Assembly: GCA_003598025.1 (NCBI GenBank)
Contig: QZKH01000003.1
Span: 439,221-503,220, forward strand
Length of the DNA stretch: 64,000 nt
Origin: Candidatus Omnitrophota bacterium
GTDB lineage: Bacteria > Omnitrophota > Gorgyraeia > Gygaellales > Profunditerraquicolaceae
Direction of reading: 5' to 3'
A program made the translations under genes and the position numbers. Below, piece after piece: positions 1-8,812 of the stretch. The notes below the pieces were generated by a model. It was not told the origin of the DNA. It saw nothing but the letters and a program-made list of their open reading frames with translations, and did no database searches. How positions within the stretch are numbered: position 1 is the first letter of the stretch; each line of letters starts with the position of its first letter.

Positions 1-521
1 GCAAACTTTTGCAAAGCGCAGTGAATAATTTCTCTGACTATCGGCATCGCACGGTTAACTGTTCCGGAAGCCACATCTGTGATGTCTATAATCCGATTGT
101 TTGAATCGAGACAGACGACCTTAAAGACCTCTGTTTTAAGGTCGAGGAGCTGGGGCATGACGATATCCACAACATCCTTGGCAGAGGCGATTTTCTGCTT
201 CCCGGTGGACACATCGTCCTGTCGATAGCGCCTCCCGATTTCAAGCGCGGCCTGAATATGGGCGATCTTGGCCCCACCCAAACCCTTGAACTCTTTCCAG
301 TCCCGGGCGTCTGTGTGGGCCATGTTCCGGAACGTGCCGAATTTCTTGAGTATCTTGCGGGCGAGGTCAATGGCGCTGGTGCCTTGTGTGCCGGTACGAA
401 GAAGAATAGCCAGAAGCTCCGAATTACTCAAAGCCCCCGCACCCTTTTTGAGGAGTTTCTCTCTCGGCCTGTCATCCTCCGGCCAAGTCCTTATGCCTGA
501 TATTTTTCTTTCCTTCACCAT
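1..521 (-). CDS. radC: RadC-like JAB/MPN domain protein (UPF0758), partial; the 3' end runs off the window start
   Basis: The minus-strand frame is missing from the ORF track because it has no stop in the window. It translates to MVKERKISGIRTWPEDDRPREKLLKKGAGALSNSELLAILLRTGTQGTSAIDLARKILKKFGTFRNM...LGGAKIAHIQAALEIGRRY...VVCLDSNNRIIDITDVASGTVNRAMPIVREIIHCALQ. This is the canonical RadC N-terminus and HhH region. ATG is at 519..521 (rc). Confidence 0.8.
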   Translation of the reverse strand, partial: MVKERKISGIRTWPEDDRPREKLLKKGAGALSNSELLAILLRTGTQGTSAIDLARKILKKFGTFRNMAHTDARDWKEFKGLGGAKIAHIQAALEIGRRYRQDDVSTGKQKIASAKDVVDIVMPQLLDLKTEVFKVVCLDSNNRIIDITDVASGTVNRAMPIVREIIHCALQKF

Positions 522-574
522 TCTTCTCTTCTCTGTTCTTCACTTCTCTAGAATTAAACCGCGATCAAACTGTC

Positions 575-1084
575 CTACGGAAGTACAAAATCGTGGCACT
601 TAATACGAATCTCTTTAAGCTCCTTCAGCACTGCCGCCAAGTCAAACGATTCGCCGCGAAACGTCAAAGTCTGCGTTAAGGGATCATATGCCCTGTGATG
701 ATTTGTAGGGAAACTTCTTCTCATTGCTTTTAATGGATCTATTGCCAGGTCGCTGTAGACCGCCGAAGATTTCCCCTTAAACCATTTTTCTATTCGATCG
801 TCATAGTGTTCGAAATGATTACGTAAGCTACGATCAGAAAGTATATTGTTATCGTCGACTTTAAGTAACTCCCGTAATCTTTCGCCGCGTTCTGTATATT
901 CCGTAGATGGCCAGAGAATTTTCGAGACATTTCCAGCGGCCACAAGAATCGATTGAATAGAACACCAGACTTCAACCTGATCAAAATTGTCCTTGATCGC
1001 CGATAAACGTTTAGCGGCCAATTCTGCAATCTTTGATTGCGTTACAATCTCGCCTATAAAAACCGTTTCAGCAAGTGCCTTCAT
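575..1084 (-). CDS. hypothetical protein with an Rx4H HEPN-like motif (SDRSLRNHFEHYDD); last gene of the AbiE-linked operon
   Basis: 169-aa ORF with a 1-nt gap to the upstream phosphoesterase gene. The RNHFEH sequence fits the R-x4-6-H HEPN signature. No other recognisable family. Confidence 0.5.
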   Translation of the reverse strand: MKALAETVFIGEIVTQSKIAELAAKRLSAIKDNFDQVEVWCSIQSILVAAGNVSKILWPSTEYTERGERLRELLKVDDNNILSDRSLRNHFEHYDDRIEKWFKGKSSAVYSDLAIDPLKAMRRSFPTNHHRAYDPLTQTLTFRGESFDLAAVLKELKEIRIKCHDFVLP

Positions 1085-1085
1085 C

Positions 1086-1622
1086 TTAATTCACTGCGCC
1101 CTTCTTTTCTTCCTTCAAGAATGTCGCAATCACGGAACTGATCTGCTTAAACGCGACTGGATAATAATCCCAAACCTCAACGCAAAGGTTCACGATTATT
1201 GAATTCTCGTTCAGACGTTTAACCTTGTATTTCTCGTGAACATGGCCGCAGAAATTCCACGGCACGTTCGGGTCCGCATCCTCAGCCCGGTGCGTCATGC
1301 AAATATCTTTTGAACCATAATGAATATAGACTTTCGAGATGATCGTATTGAGGCTGTTTTGCCGATCGTGATTGCCTTTTATAAAAATGAGCTTGCCGTT
1401 CAGCCTCTTTTCGAAATGTCTGTATTTCTCCTCACCGCCTTCTTTGCCACCTTTAAATATGAAGTCGCCAAGAAAAAAGACAGTATCTTCTGGCTTCACC
1501 CGCTCATTATGCTTGCGGATGATCGTCTCATTCATCTCCTCGACCGAATCAAACGGCCGATTGCAATACCGGATGATATTGGCGTGCGAAAAATGATAAT
1601 CCGATGTCCACCAGTAGTTCAT
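1086..1622 (-). CDS. compact calcineurin-like metallophosphoesterase (YfcE-like size)
   Basis: N-terminal WWTSDYHFSHANI (the DxH metal-binding motif of metallophosphoesterases). Also GDFIFKG and GNHD motifs. 178 aa. Its ATG overlaps the AbiEii stop (ATGA), so the two are translationally coupled. Confidence 0.75.
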   Translation of the reverse strand: MNYWWTSDYHFSHANIIRYCNRPFDSVEEMNETIIRKHNERVKPEDTVFFLGDFIFKGGKEGGEEKYRHFEKRLNGKLIFIKGNHDRQNSLNTIISKVYIHYGSKDICMTHRAEDADPNVPWNFCGHVHEKYKVKRLNENSIIVNLCVEVWDYYPVAFKQISSVIATFLKEEKKGAVN

Positions 1623-2635
1623 TGTTTGATCCTGTTAATCTCTTCTTCCGCCGTCTTTAATTTCTTCAAAACGCTCTCAAAGGGCGGAGGGTCCTCAAAA
1701 AACATTTCTTGCATCTGCCGATAATCATCATTTAACAAAGCAAGATGCTCATCTAGAGGCATTAATCGAAGACTGCCCGGCTTTGCCAAAGCATAATGCG
1801 CCTTACTGTCTTTAAAAAATAGGGCTTTATGCTCAGCGACCTTTATCAATAAATCGATATTCTGGATAGCTTTGGTGTAAATAGCAGTCCCGATCATCTC
1901 ACCCACATCGTAGTAGTGACGTGACATTCTTGCGCGCAATTTTGAGCCATGGCTTATTGCATGTAATATTGTCGCTTTTTCCCAAAAGGTTCTTTCCGCG
2001 CCCAAAACACGCACCTGCGCGCCTTCAATGGTCACCTTACCGGCCGCGTTAGAAACATACGGTTTGACAGTCATAGCCTCAATAGGCCAATGATCTGATC
2101 GTGCGCCAAGTTCAATTTTTACGACCGGTTGAACATAACCACTCTTGCCATTCTCAATAGCGCTGGGATACGCAAATAAAACGGTTTGATTATCAGGATC
2201 ATCAGGGTCCAGCCTTATCTCCCAATTTCCTATGCCAGATAAAGCAGACCCGATCTTTTGGTCCAGCTCAGGGATAATCACACCGGCAATCTTTTCTTGG
2301 CATGCCTGCTTTAAGCGATCCAGTCGTCTCTGATTTTCTTTAGTGCCCTGCTTTTTATCAGGCTCGATAGATTCTTGGCTTGTTAAAAATGTCCTCTCGA
2401 TTGAAATATCAACATCCTCAGAAAAACGTTTGATAACGTTGTAACACTTTGAGAGCGAGGTGCCTCCTTTAAACGTCAAATGACTGCCTGCTGTGGGCAG
2501 TGAAAAAAGGATCTTAAGAATCCAGCACACCCAGAAATCTTTTTCGATAAGTTGCGGAGTTACGCCAAGATCGTGGGCGACAACATCAAAATAGACTTTT
2601 TTATCCGCATCTTTTAACAATAAAAAATTGTCCAT
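1619..2635 (-). CDS. abiEii: AbiEii/AbiGii-family nucleotidyltransferase toxin (DUF1814)
   Basis: IEKDFWVCWIL...LTFKGGTSLSKCYNVIKRFSEDVDISI. This is the GGTxL...RxSxDxD nucleotidyltransferase motif typical of AbiEii. 338 aa, directly downstream of an AbiEi-like gene. Confidence 0.85.
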   Translation of the reverse strand: MDNFLLLKDADKKVYFDVVAHDLGVTPQLIEKDFWVCWILKILFSLPTAGSHLTFKGGTSLSKCYNVIKRFSEDVDISIERTFLTSQESIEPDKKQGTKENQRRLDRLKQACQEKIAGVIIPELDQKIGSALSGIGNWEIRLDPDDPDNQTVLFAYPSAIENGKSGYVQPVVKIELGARSDHWPIEAMTVKPYVSNAAGKVTIEGAQVRVLGAERTFWEKATILHAISHGSKLRARMSRHYYDVGEMIGTAIYTKAIQNIDLLIKVAEHKALFFKDSKAHYALAKPGSLRLMPLDEHLALLNDDYRQMQEMFFEDPPPFESVLKKLKTAEEEINRIKQ

Positions 2636-2642
2636 AAATCTG

Positions 2643-3242
2643 TCACCCTTGTATTTTCCTGAAAATATCCCCTATCCATGCCGGAGCATAACGGATATCA
2701 TTCATCAGTATATTTTTGTCAGCATCGGACAGTCGTCTTTTAAGTTTTGCCACAACAGTCGAATCAATATTGCCCTGCTTTAAATAACGCAAGGCCTGAA
2801 TGACTAATCCGCTTATTCGCCCGGCTGTTGCCATGTTTCTTGGCGTTGTTCGTTTCAAAACGATCGTCTGCTTACCGATCTGAACTTTCCGATTAGGACC
2901 ATCTGTAAAGAAAACGATCTTGGCCGGAACCTGCTCTGTTAAACCTAACAGATTAGCGGCATATGCGCCGGAAGGCTGAATTTTCAAATTATCTCGTCCC
3001 ACTAATGCTTGAGCAACGCGATCATAATTAGGCGGAAGGTCACCGAAATCCGGATGTTTTACGGGATAATCATATAATCCCCTCGTCAGGCGGCGTATAA
3101 TCCCTGCCTTGGTTAAACGTCCCAACGTTTGGTCTACGGCCATACGGCTCCCGAGGTCAAGAAAGTGCATTGGAGTGAACACCCAACCCCTATGCCTGCC
3201 GTATATCCTGCTAACTATCATATTATCAATGGTTTGTGCCAT
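2643..3242 (-). CDS. abiEi: AbiEi-family type IV toxin-antitoxin antitoxin / transcriptional autorepressor
   Basis: 199 aa with an N-terminal winged-helix-like region. It sits 7 nt upstream of abiEii, which is the standard AbiE arrangement. Confidence 0.75.
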   Translation of the reverse strand: MAQTIDNMIVSRIYGRHRGWVFTPMHFLDLGSRMAVDQTLGRLTKAGIIRRLTRGLYDYPVKHPDFGDLPPNYDRVAQALVGRDNLKIQPSGAYAANLLGLTEQVPAKIVFFTDGPNRKVQIGKQTIVLKRTTPRNMATAGRISGLVIQALRYLKQGNIDSTVVAKLKRRLSDADKNILMNDIRYAPAWIGDIFRKIQG

Positions 3243-3259
3243 TTATACCACCTCTCTGT

Positions 3260-3289
3260 TGTCAGAAAAAATATACACTTTTTCTGACA
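3260..3289 (-). promoter_or_regulatory. perfect inverted repeat TGTCAGAAAAA-N8-TTTTTCTGACA upstream of abiEi; candidate AbiEi operator
   Basis: 11-bp arms with an 8-bp spacer, 18-47 nt upstream of the abiEi start codon. AbiEi proteins are known to autorepress by binding inverted repeats in their own promoter. Confidence 0.5.
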
Positions 3290-3329
3290 GAAAGTCAATC
3301 TATTTTTATGCGCCCGAGCCGCTATCCTA

Positions 3330-3560
3330 AATGTCTACCATCCGGAAATGTCCACTTTTTAGCAGACATTTCGATTTAGTGGACACTTACGTGTCCATCC
3401 ATGTCCATCAAAACGCCCTTTTTTGACCTTCCCGGACGCCTGCAGGACACCCCTAAAATCGCCTGTTTTCCGACGCTGGGCGCTTATTTTAGCCGGGTTG
3501 ACCACTTATGCCCAAACCCAAAAGTGATGGACATGGACATCGATTTTTTTGACCACTATC
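3330..3560. repeat. cluster of TGTCCA/TGGACA half-sites, including the 18-bp palindrome TGGACAC-TTAC-GTGTCCA, and two copies of TTTTTTGACC, inside a GC-rich non-coding island
   Basis: Read directly from the sequence. Six hexamer copies in both orientations (3349, 3380, 3393, 3403, 3529, 3535). TTTTTTGACC occurs at about 3421 and about 3549. No convincing ORF spans the region. Confidence 0.5.
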
Positions 3561-3937
3561 ACTGACTCCCCGCGCCTCGCCCGACCCTCACCCGACACCC
3601 TGTTCCAAGGACCCGTAGCGCCTGCCAGCATAAAAAACCCTATGACCACGCCTCACTGGCATAACCATAGGGACTTGAGTTGCCAAACGCTGTTGATCCT
3701 TACAACGCCCCGACTACCGCCTCCGCCAAGCTCTTCATCGCATTACTATAAATCTGCCACTGGCCAGCCAAAAGTTCGAAGATAAACAGTTTTTTTCATC
3801 AAGGCTTATTCCTTTCTTCGAATCTTTTGGTTGATCCCGAGCGAAGCCGACACCGAGAAAGCCCGAGGAAAAAACCATTGGTGTAAAGAAAACCTTTCTT
3901 CATCTTATACCTTCAGTAAAAAATATAACCGCTCCTA

Positions 3938-5410
3938 TTATTCAGTCTCAGAATTTCTTAGCACCGACAAAGTGCGCTGTAAAATCCTTAGGTCTTCCTC
4001 ATTAGCGAGCACTAAGAAAACATCGCCTCCCTCAATTACCGTAGAACCATTTGGCACGATGAACTTATCTTCGCGCGAAATAAGAACAATAAGGGCTTTA
4101 GGAGGAATATTAATTGCGGCAATCGTTTGACCTACCGTGCCTGAATTATATGGCACAATCAAATCGGTAAGCGATGCATCTATGCCCTCTGCATACTCAA
4201 AGTCAATAGGATATTTTTTCCTTACATCAAGCGGTACATTGACTCCAAGTATCTTTGACATAAGTGGAATAGATGTCCCCTGAATCAATACCGAAGTCAA
4301 TACAACAAAAAATACGATATTAAATATTGCGTGAGCTTGAACTATTCCTGAAAGCAGCGGGAATGTCGCCAAAATAATCGGCACAGCACCTCTTAATCCT
4401 ACCCATGATATCATCGTTTTCTCGGCAAGATTGAATTTAAATGGCATTAGGCATAAAAATACACTTATGGGGCGAGCGAGGAAAATAAGAATGGTTGCTA
4501 TCAACAGGCCAACTCCCATAATGGGAATTATCCGGCTTGGGAAAACAAGCAAGCCAAGAGTCAAAAACATTGCAATCTGCATGAGCCAGGCAACTCCTTC
4601 ATAAAACCGGACTATTGTTCTCTTGTTTGCGAAATCGCCTCTACTCATCATTAAACCCAAAGAATAAACTGCCAGAAAACCATTCCCTTTTACTAAAGTT
4701 GTACCTGCATACGTCAAGAGCACCAAAGCAATAGTCAAAACCGAATACAACCCTTCATATTCAAGCTTAATCTTATTAATAAGCGTGACACTTACTTTAG
4801 ACATCAAATACCCGATTAACAATCCAACACCCATATTTAAGGTAAACGATGGGATTAGGCTGATAATGGAAGAGTCAGCAGTAGTTAAGAGGCCGATACA
4901 ACCGATTGTAAGGAAAACAGCCATTGGGTCATTACTTCCCGATTCAAGCTCCAAAAGAGGCCTTAAATTACCTTTGAGGGATATCCTTCTTGATCTGAGG
5001 ACATTAAAGACAGCGGCAGCATCGGTTGAGGACACAATAGAACCGAGCAATAATCCCTCAAGCAATGAAAATTTAAGAATTACCATAGCCAATACGCCGA
5101 CAACAACAGCAGTAATGAGCACTCCTGCGGTTGACAAAACCAACCCCGGAACAAATAATGGCCTGACCGATTTCCATGATGTATCCAAACCCCCAGAAAA
5201 AATAATGAAAATAAGCGCGATGATACCGATAGATTTTGCAACAACGTAATCATCAAAATAAATTCCGCCGATGCCTTCTGAGCCTGCCAGCATGCCGATT
5301 ATCAAAAAAAGCAATAATGCGGGTAACGCAAACCTGTCTGAAAGCTTGCTTGCCAGTACGCTGACAAGCGTCAAAGCTGCTGCCCATAATATGATTGTTT
5401 CGACTGTCAT
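3938..5410 (-). CDS. K+/H+ (NhaP2/CPA1-type) cation:proton antiporter with a C-terminal TrkA-C domain
   Basis: 490 aa with about 12 TM helices. The C-terminal soluble domain contains VPNGSTVIEGGDVFLVLANEEDL, typical of TrkA-C. Confidence 0.85.
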   Translation of the reverse strand: MTVETIILWAAALTLVSVLASKLSDRFALPALLLFLIIGMLAGSEGIGGIYFDDYVVAKSIGIIALIFIIFSGGLDTSWKSVRPLFVPGLVLSTAGVLITAVVVGVLAMVILKFSLLEGLLLGSIVSSTDAAAVFNVLRSRRISLKGNLRPLLELESGSNDPMAVFLTIGCIGLLTTADSSIISLIPSFTLNMGVGLLIGYLMSKVSVTLINKIKLEYEGLYSVLTIALVLLTYAGTTLVKGNGFLAVYSLGLMMSRGDFANKRTIVRFYEGVAWLMQIAMFLTLGLLVFPSRIIPIMGVGLLIATILIFLARPISVFLCLMPFKFNLAEKTMISWVGLRGAVPIILATFPLLSGIVQAHAIFNIVFFVVLTSVLIQGTSIPLMSKILGVNVPLDVRKKYPIDFEYAEGIDASLTDLIVPYNSGTVGQTIAAINIPPKALIVLISREDKFIVPNGSTVIEGGDVFLVLANEEDLRILQRTLSVLRNSETE

Positions 5411-5468
5411 CAGGACCTATCTCGGTTTCTATGCCACATTATTACAGACTTAAATAAAACAGTTCCCT

Positions 5469-5957
5469 TTATTCCTTTACTAAAACCGCTTTCCATTCCT
5501 TATTAATCCATATTCCGTACACCTTTGCCTGCGCGCACCATTTCTTTACCTTCTTCATTGCTATCCTTAACTGCTTCAGGTGAACATTTTTCACGCTTGG
5601 ATTACCAAGGCAACCATAATGGCTGATTATGAATATCAATTTGGAATCACGGTTATTATATGAAAACAGCAGCTTATCCTTAAGGCTCCCGATCTCATAC
5701 ATGTTCCTGCATGCGCTAAGAACCTTGTCTGGCCCGGGCACGGTGATCATATCAACGTATTCGACAGCATAATTCTTCTTAATAAATTCCGCTACCGGCA
5801 ACTGTACCCTTCCATCAATGCAGTTTATCGCTGTGGCAAACTTGAAGTTTCTGGCTCTGTTTTTCATTATATTGGCTTGCTTTTTTAGGTTGAGCTCTTC
5901 GGCCCGCTTGATAAGAGATATAACCGCCCCTATTATTTTTTCACTTCTCCGCGACAA
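5469..5957 (-). CDS. hypothetical protein; its CxDxR...HxxC spacing resembles the beta-carbonic-anhydrase zinc ligands
   Basis: INCIDGRV at about residue 45 and ISHYGCLGN at about residue 113. No confident family assignment. Confidence 0.45.
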   Translation of the reverse strand: MSRRSEKIIGAVISLIKRAEELNLKKQANIMKNRARNFKFATAINCIDGRVQLPVAEFIKKNYAVEYVDMITVPGPDKVLSACRNMYEIGSLKDKLLFSYNNRDSKLIFIISHYGCLGNPSVKNVHLKQLRIAMKKVKKWCAQAKVYGIWINKEWKAVLVKE

Positions 5958-6702
5958 CGAGCATTTCGAAATCGTCAGTGGTCAGTTTGTCGTTTCTCGA
6001 GTATGCCCCATGCCTTGAGCCAAAAATATCGATTTTCTTGAATCCAAGACTTTTGAGAAGCCAGGTGATCTCGCTTGGCACATAATAGCGCTCGTTACAG
6101 CTGAGTTCCCTTTTTTTGCCGGAATCATCCTCAAAAACAACGGTGTTATAATCACGGAAGGTCATCAGATCAAAGGAGCACTCCTTGCACTGGGACTGGC
6201 CTTCTTTCTGCGCCGACTTATAGAACTCATTTACCGAATGAAACAGCGGGAACAATCCGTTTAATGTGGTAAAAATGAGCTTACCTTTACTTTTAAGCGC
6301 TTTTGTTGCTTCTTTAAGGATTTCGAAGTTCATCTCATCCGTTTCCATAAGAGAGAACCCGCCTTCGCATAGCATAATTACCAGATCAAATTCGCCGTCA
6401 AACGGAAGATTACGGGCATCATGCTTCTGAAAATCAATATCCAAGCCCGCTTCTTGCGCCTTCTCTTTCGCCCTGGCCAGCTGTGATTCGGACAAATCTA
6501 TGCCTCTGACATGGTATCCTCTTCTACTAAGCTCAATCGCATGCCTGCCCGTGCCGCAGCCAACATCCAGTATCTTTAAAGACTTATTATAATCCAATTC
6601 CTTTTCAATAAAGTCGCATTCGCCCACAGTCCCCTGGACAAAACTTTCTTTGTCGTATTTACTAGCGTAATTTTCAAATAATGATTCGTACCATTGTTTC
6701 AT
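5941..6702 (-). CDS. class I SAM-dependent methyltransferase
   Basis: ILDVGCGTGRHAIELSRRGYHVRGIDLS matches the Rossmann SAM-binding motif I. Confidence 0.8.
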   Translation of the reverse strand: MKQWYESLFENYASKYDKESFVQGTVGECDFIEKELDYNKSLKILDVGCGTGRHAIELSRRGYHVRGIDLSESQLARAKEKAQEAGLDIDFQKHDARNLPFDGEFDLVIMLCEGGFSLMETDEMNFEILKEATKALKSKGKLIFTTLNGLFPLFHSVNEFYKSAQKEGQSQCKECSFDLMTFRDYNTVVFEDDSGKKRELSCNERYYVPSEITWLLKSLGFKKIDIFGSRHGAYSRNDKLTTDDFEMLVVAEK

Positions 6703-6779
6703 TCCTGGCTATTCTCCTTTCTGCTACAGGCGTTTAATGCCAATCCCTGAAAATACCAGCAAAATTTTTGCATCCAAGG

Positions 6780-8798
6780 TCAGAATATGGCCGTTTCCGT
6801 TTTTCTTTTTGCTAAAAAAACTACGGCTGCAATATAACAGCATAATGCGATCAAATAAAGAGCCTTAAGCCCGCCGATCATCGAATAGTATTCAAGGAAT
6901 CCTCCTAAAACAGCTCCCAGCAGATTGGAACCCAGCGCGCTACTGGCATCCTTCGCATTCTTAATAATAATAGCGAATATAAAGGATGAAAAGAATATCG
7001 GTAAGGCTATTAATGCGCCTGCAAAAAATACTTTTGCCAAAATGCCAAATTTCAATATTCCCTCAAGCGGAAAGAAATACAGGAAGAGCAGGGATACAGC
7101 TAACGCCATAAAAAACCATTTCGGGTTCTTCGGGTTCTTTTTCATGATAACCAGATTAGCTATTAACGCAATTACCAGAATAGACGAAAACACTACAGCA
7201 TTCACCAGCCATGTAGAACCAAAAAGAAGCGAAAATGTAGTGACACTCTTGGTTTCAAGAAGAAGGAAACCGGAGCCTAAGAAGAAAAATACAGGGTTTA
7301 CTCTGCTCATTTTTAAAGGAGTAAAAATAAATACCGCCCCGACAGAAATAACAACAAGTATCGCCAGGACAGCCAAATATAGATAAGGTATACCGCGCTT
7401 GGTTAAATAAAGATACGGCCAATCATCTTTAGGGAGTTCTATATCGGATGCCGGCGGCAACGGTAATAAAACATTCTTCAGCCCAGGATTTTTCGAAATC
7501 GCTTTCCTGACCCCGGGCCCGGCCAATATCACAAGATTAAATAAACGGTCATCCGATTCAAAATAACGGGTATCTTCGCTGCCGAATACGGACCTGGTTG
7601 TCTCAATCAACCTTGCCGCCATCCATTCATTAGGCACGGAAAACAAAAGGACCACCACCCCGTCCGGCATAAGTAAATTCTGCGCCTGCCGTAAAGCCTC
7701 TTGAGTATAAACGTAATTATCCAAACGTATAGACGAGGTTACCGAAAGAGTGGCGTGTGAATCCAATGTGCCATAAACTATCATATCGTACTTCTCTCTA
7801 TCTTTGGACATAAATGAACGCGCGTCGTCAACAAATACATGCACGTTTTTATTATCGTAAGGGCGCTGTGGATGGCCGAATCTTCCGATAGCCAGTATTG
7901 AAGAATCTATTTCAACGGCATTAATATGCTTAGCTCCTGATCTTTGCGCTGCCCAGACATCATTGCCTGTTCCGGCCCCTATTATGAGGACCTTATCAGG
8001 GCTAAACACCTTATAAGGAAACATATATTTTTCGTATATATCCTGCTTGATTTCGAAATTTACCGCAGTCTGGTGAAGCAGCTGGTTTACATAGATGCTG
8101 ATATTTTTCCCAAGATCAACAGAAATATTAATAGCATAATAAGGAGACCAAATAGTGTGTTTTTCAACCGAAGAAATGAGGAAAACAACCAAAAACATTG
8201 CAAACGCATTAAAAACAAATCTTCTCTTATTATATTTATATATAACTGCCAGAATAATAATTCCTGCTATCATAAACCAGACATAAGCCGGGGCACGAAA
8301 CAACGAAACGAAACCAAATGCTATAACTCCCAACAGGCTGCCCAGAATATTCAAAGTATAAGCATATAAAGGCTTCATCTCCCGCATAAGTTTTCCGATT
8401 TTCTGGCCCATGGGAAGGAAAACAATGATTGTCAAAGTAAATATAATCCCGATCAGCTGAGTGATGGAGAATTTAAACCAGAAGAAATCGTAGATCCTGT
8501 TACCGGTGTAATGAGACCATATCCAGGTTTGAGAGTGTGATGAAAGCTCAACTTGGACATTCCTGAATAGCAAAACCATGCAAACCGCTCCTGCCAGGAT
8601 AAACGCAAAATATGCAAAGAGGTCCCGCTTGTAACCTGCCATGAGCATACCTATGCCTAACCCCAGAAAAGACGCTATCAGGATTATATTTGAAAAAAAT
8701 GCTATTGAAAATATATGGGCAGGCAGCCAGCGGATAAAAGTTAATTCAATAAAAAGCGACAAAAAGCTTACCAGGATCAAAACAGTTTTATTTTTCAT
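6780..8798 (-). CDS. membrane-embedded spermidine/spermine synthase family protein (polyamine aminopropyltransferase fused to a multi-TM domain)
   Basis: About 7 N-terminal TM helices, a central VLIIGAGTGNDVWAAQRSGAKHINAVEIDSSIL...VFVDDARSF spermidine-synthase fold, and C-terminal TM helices. Confidence 0.7.
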   Translation of the reverse strand: MKNKTVLILVSFLSLFIELTFIRWLPAHIFSIAFFSNIILIASFLGLGIGMLMAGYKRDLFAYFAFILAGAVCMVLLFRNVQVELSSHSQTWIWSHYTGNRIYDFFWFKFSITQLIGIIFTLTIIVFLPMGQKIGKLMREMKPLYAYTLNILGSLLGVIAFGFVSLFRAPAYVWFMIAGIIILAVIYKYNKRRFVFNAFAMFLVVFLISSVEKHTIWSPYYAINISVDLGKNISIYVNQLLHQTAVNFEIKQDIYEKYMFPYKVFSPDKVLIIGAGTGNDVWAAQRSGAKHINAVEIDSSILAIGRFGHPQRPYDNKNVHVFVDDARSFMSKDREKYDMIVYGTLDSHATLSVTSSIRLDNYVYTQEALRQAQNLLMPDGVVVLLFSVPNEWMAARLIETTRSVFGSEDTRYFESDDRLFNLVILAGPGVRKAISKNPGLKNVLLPLPPASDIELPKDDWPYLYLTKRGIPYLYLAVLAILVVISVGAVFIFTPLKMSRVNPVFFFLGSGFLLLETKSVTTFSLLFGSTWLVNAVVFSSILVIALIANLVIMKKNPKNPKWFFMALAVSLLFLYFFPLEGILKFGILAKVFFAGALIALPIFFSSFIFAIIIKNAKDASSALGSNLLGAVLGGFLEYYSMIGGLKALYLIALCCYIAAVVFLAKRKTETAIF

Positions 8799-8812
8799 AT
8801 TTAAGGTTGGGT

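Noticed and set aside
86-370. 94-aa minus-strand ORF and 80- to 111-aa plus-strand ORFs in the first 600 bp
   Set aside because: They are out of frame with, or antisense to, the clearly recognisable RadC-like reading frame that runs off the window edge. Their translations are low-complexity.
3549-3785. 78-aa ORF inside the GC-rich island
   Set aside because: Pro/Ser-rich translation, no Shine-Dalgarno sequence, and composition driven by GC content. I treat the region as non-coding.
3290-3930. Possible tRNA, tmRNA, RNase P or SRP RNA in the GC-rich island
   Set aside because: I looked for a cloverleaf with a GTTCRANYC T-arm, the RNase P P4 motif AGGAAAGUCCGGGC on both strands, and a tmRNA tag ORF. 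None was found. An unrecognised structured RNA is still possible.
4785-5249. Antisense ORFs inside long genes (for example 4785..5249 +, 6925..7386 +, 25059..25565 +, 32960..33568 +, 45271..45780 +, 57896..58393 +, 40822..41109 +)
   Set aside because: They lie entirely within confidently assigned genes on the opposite strand. Their low-complexity translations are typical of shadow ORFs.
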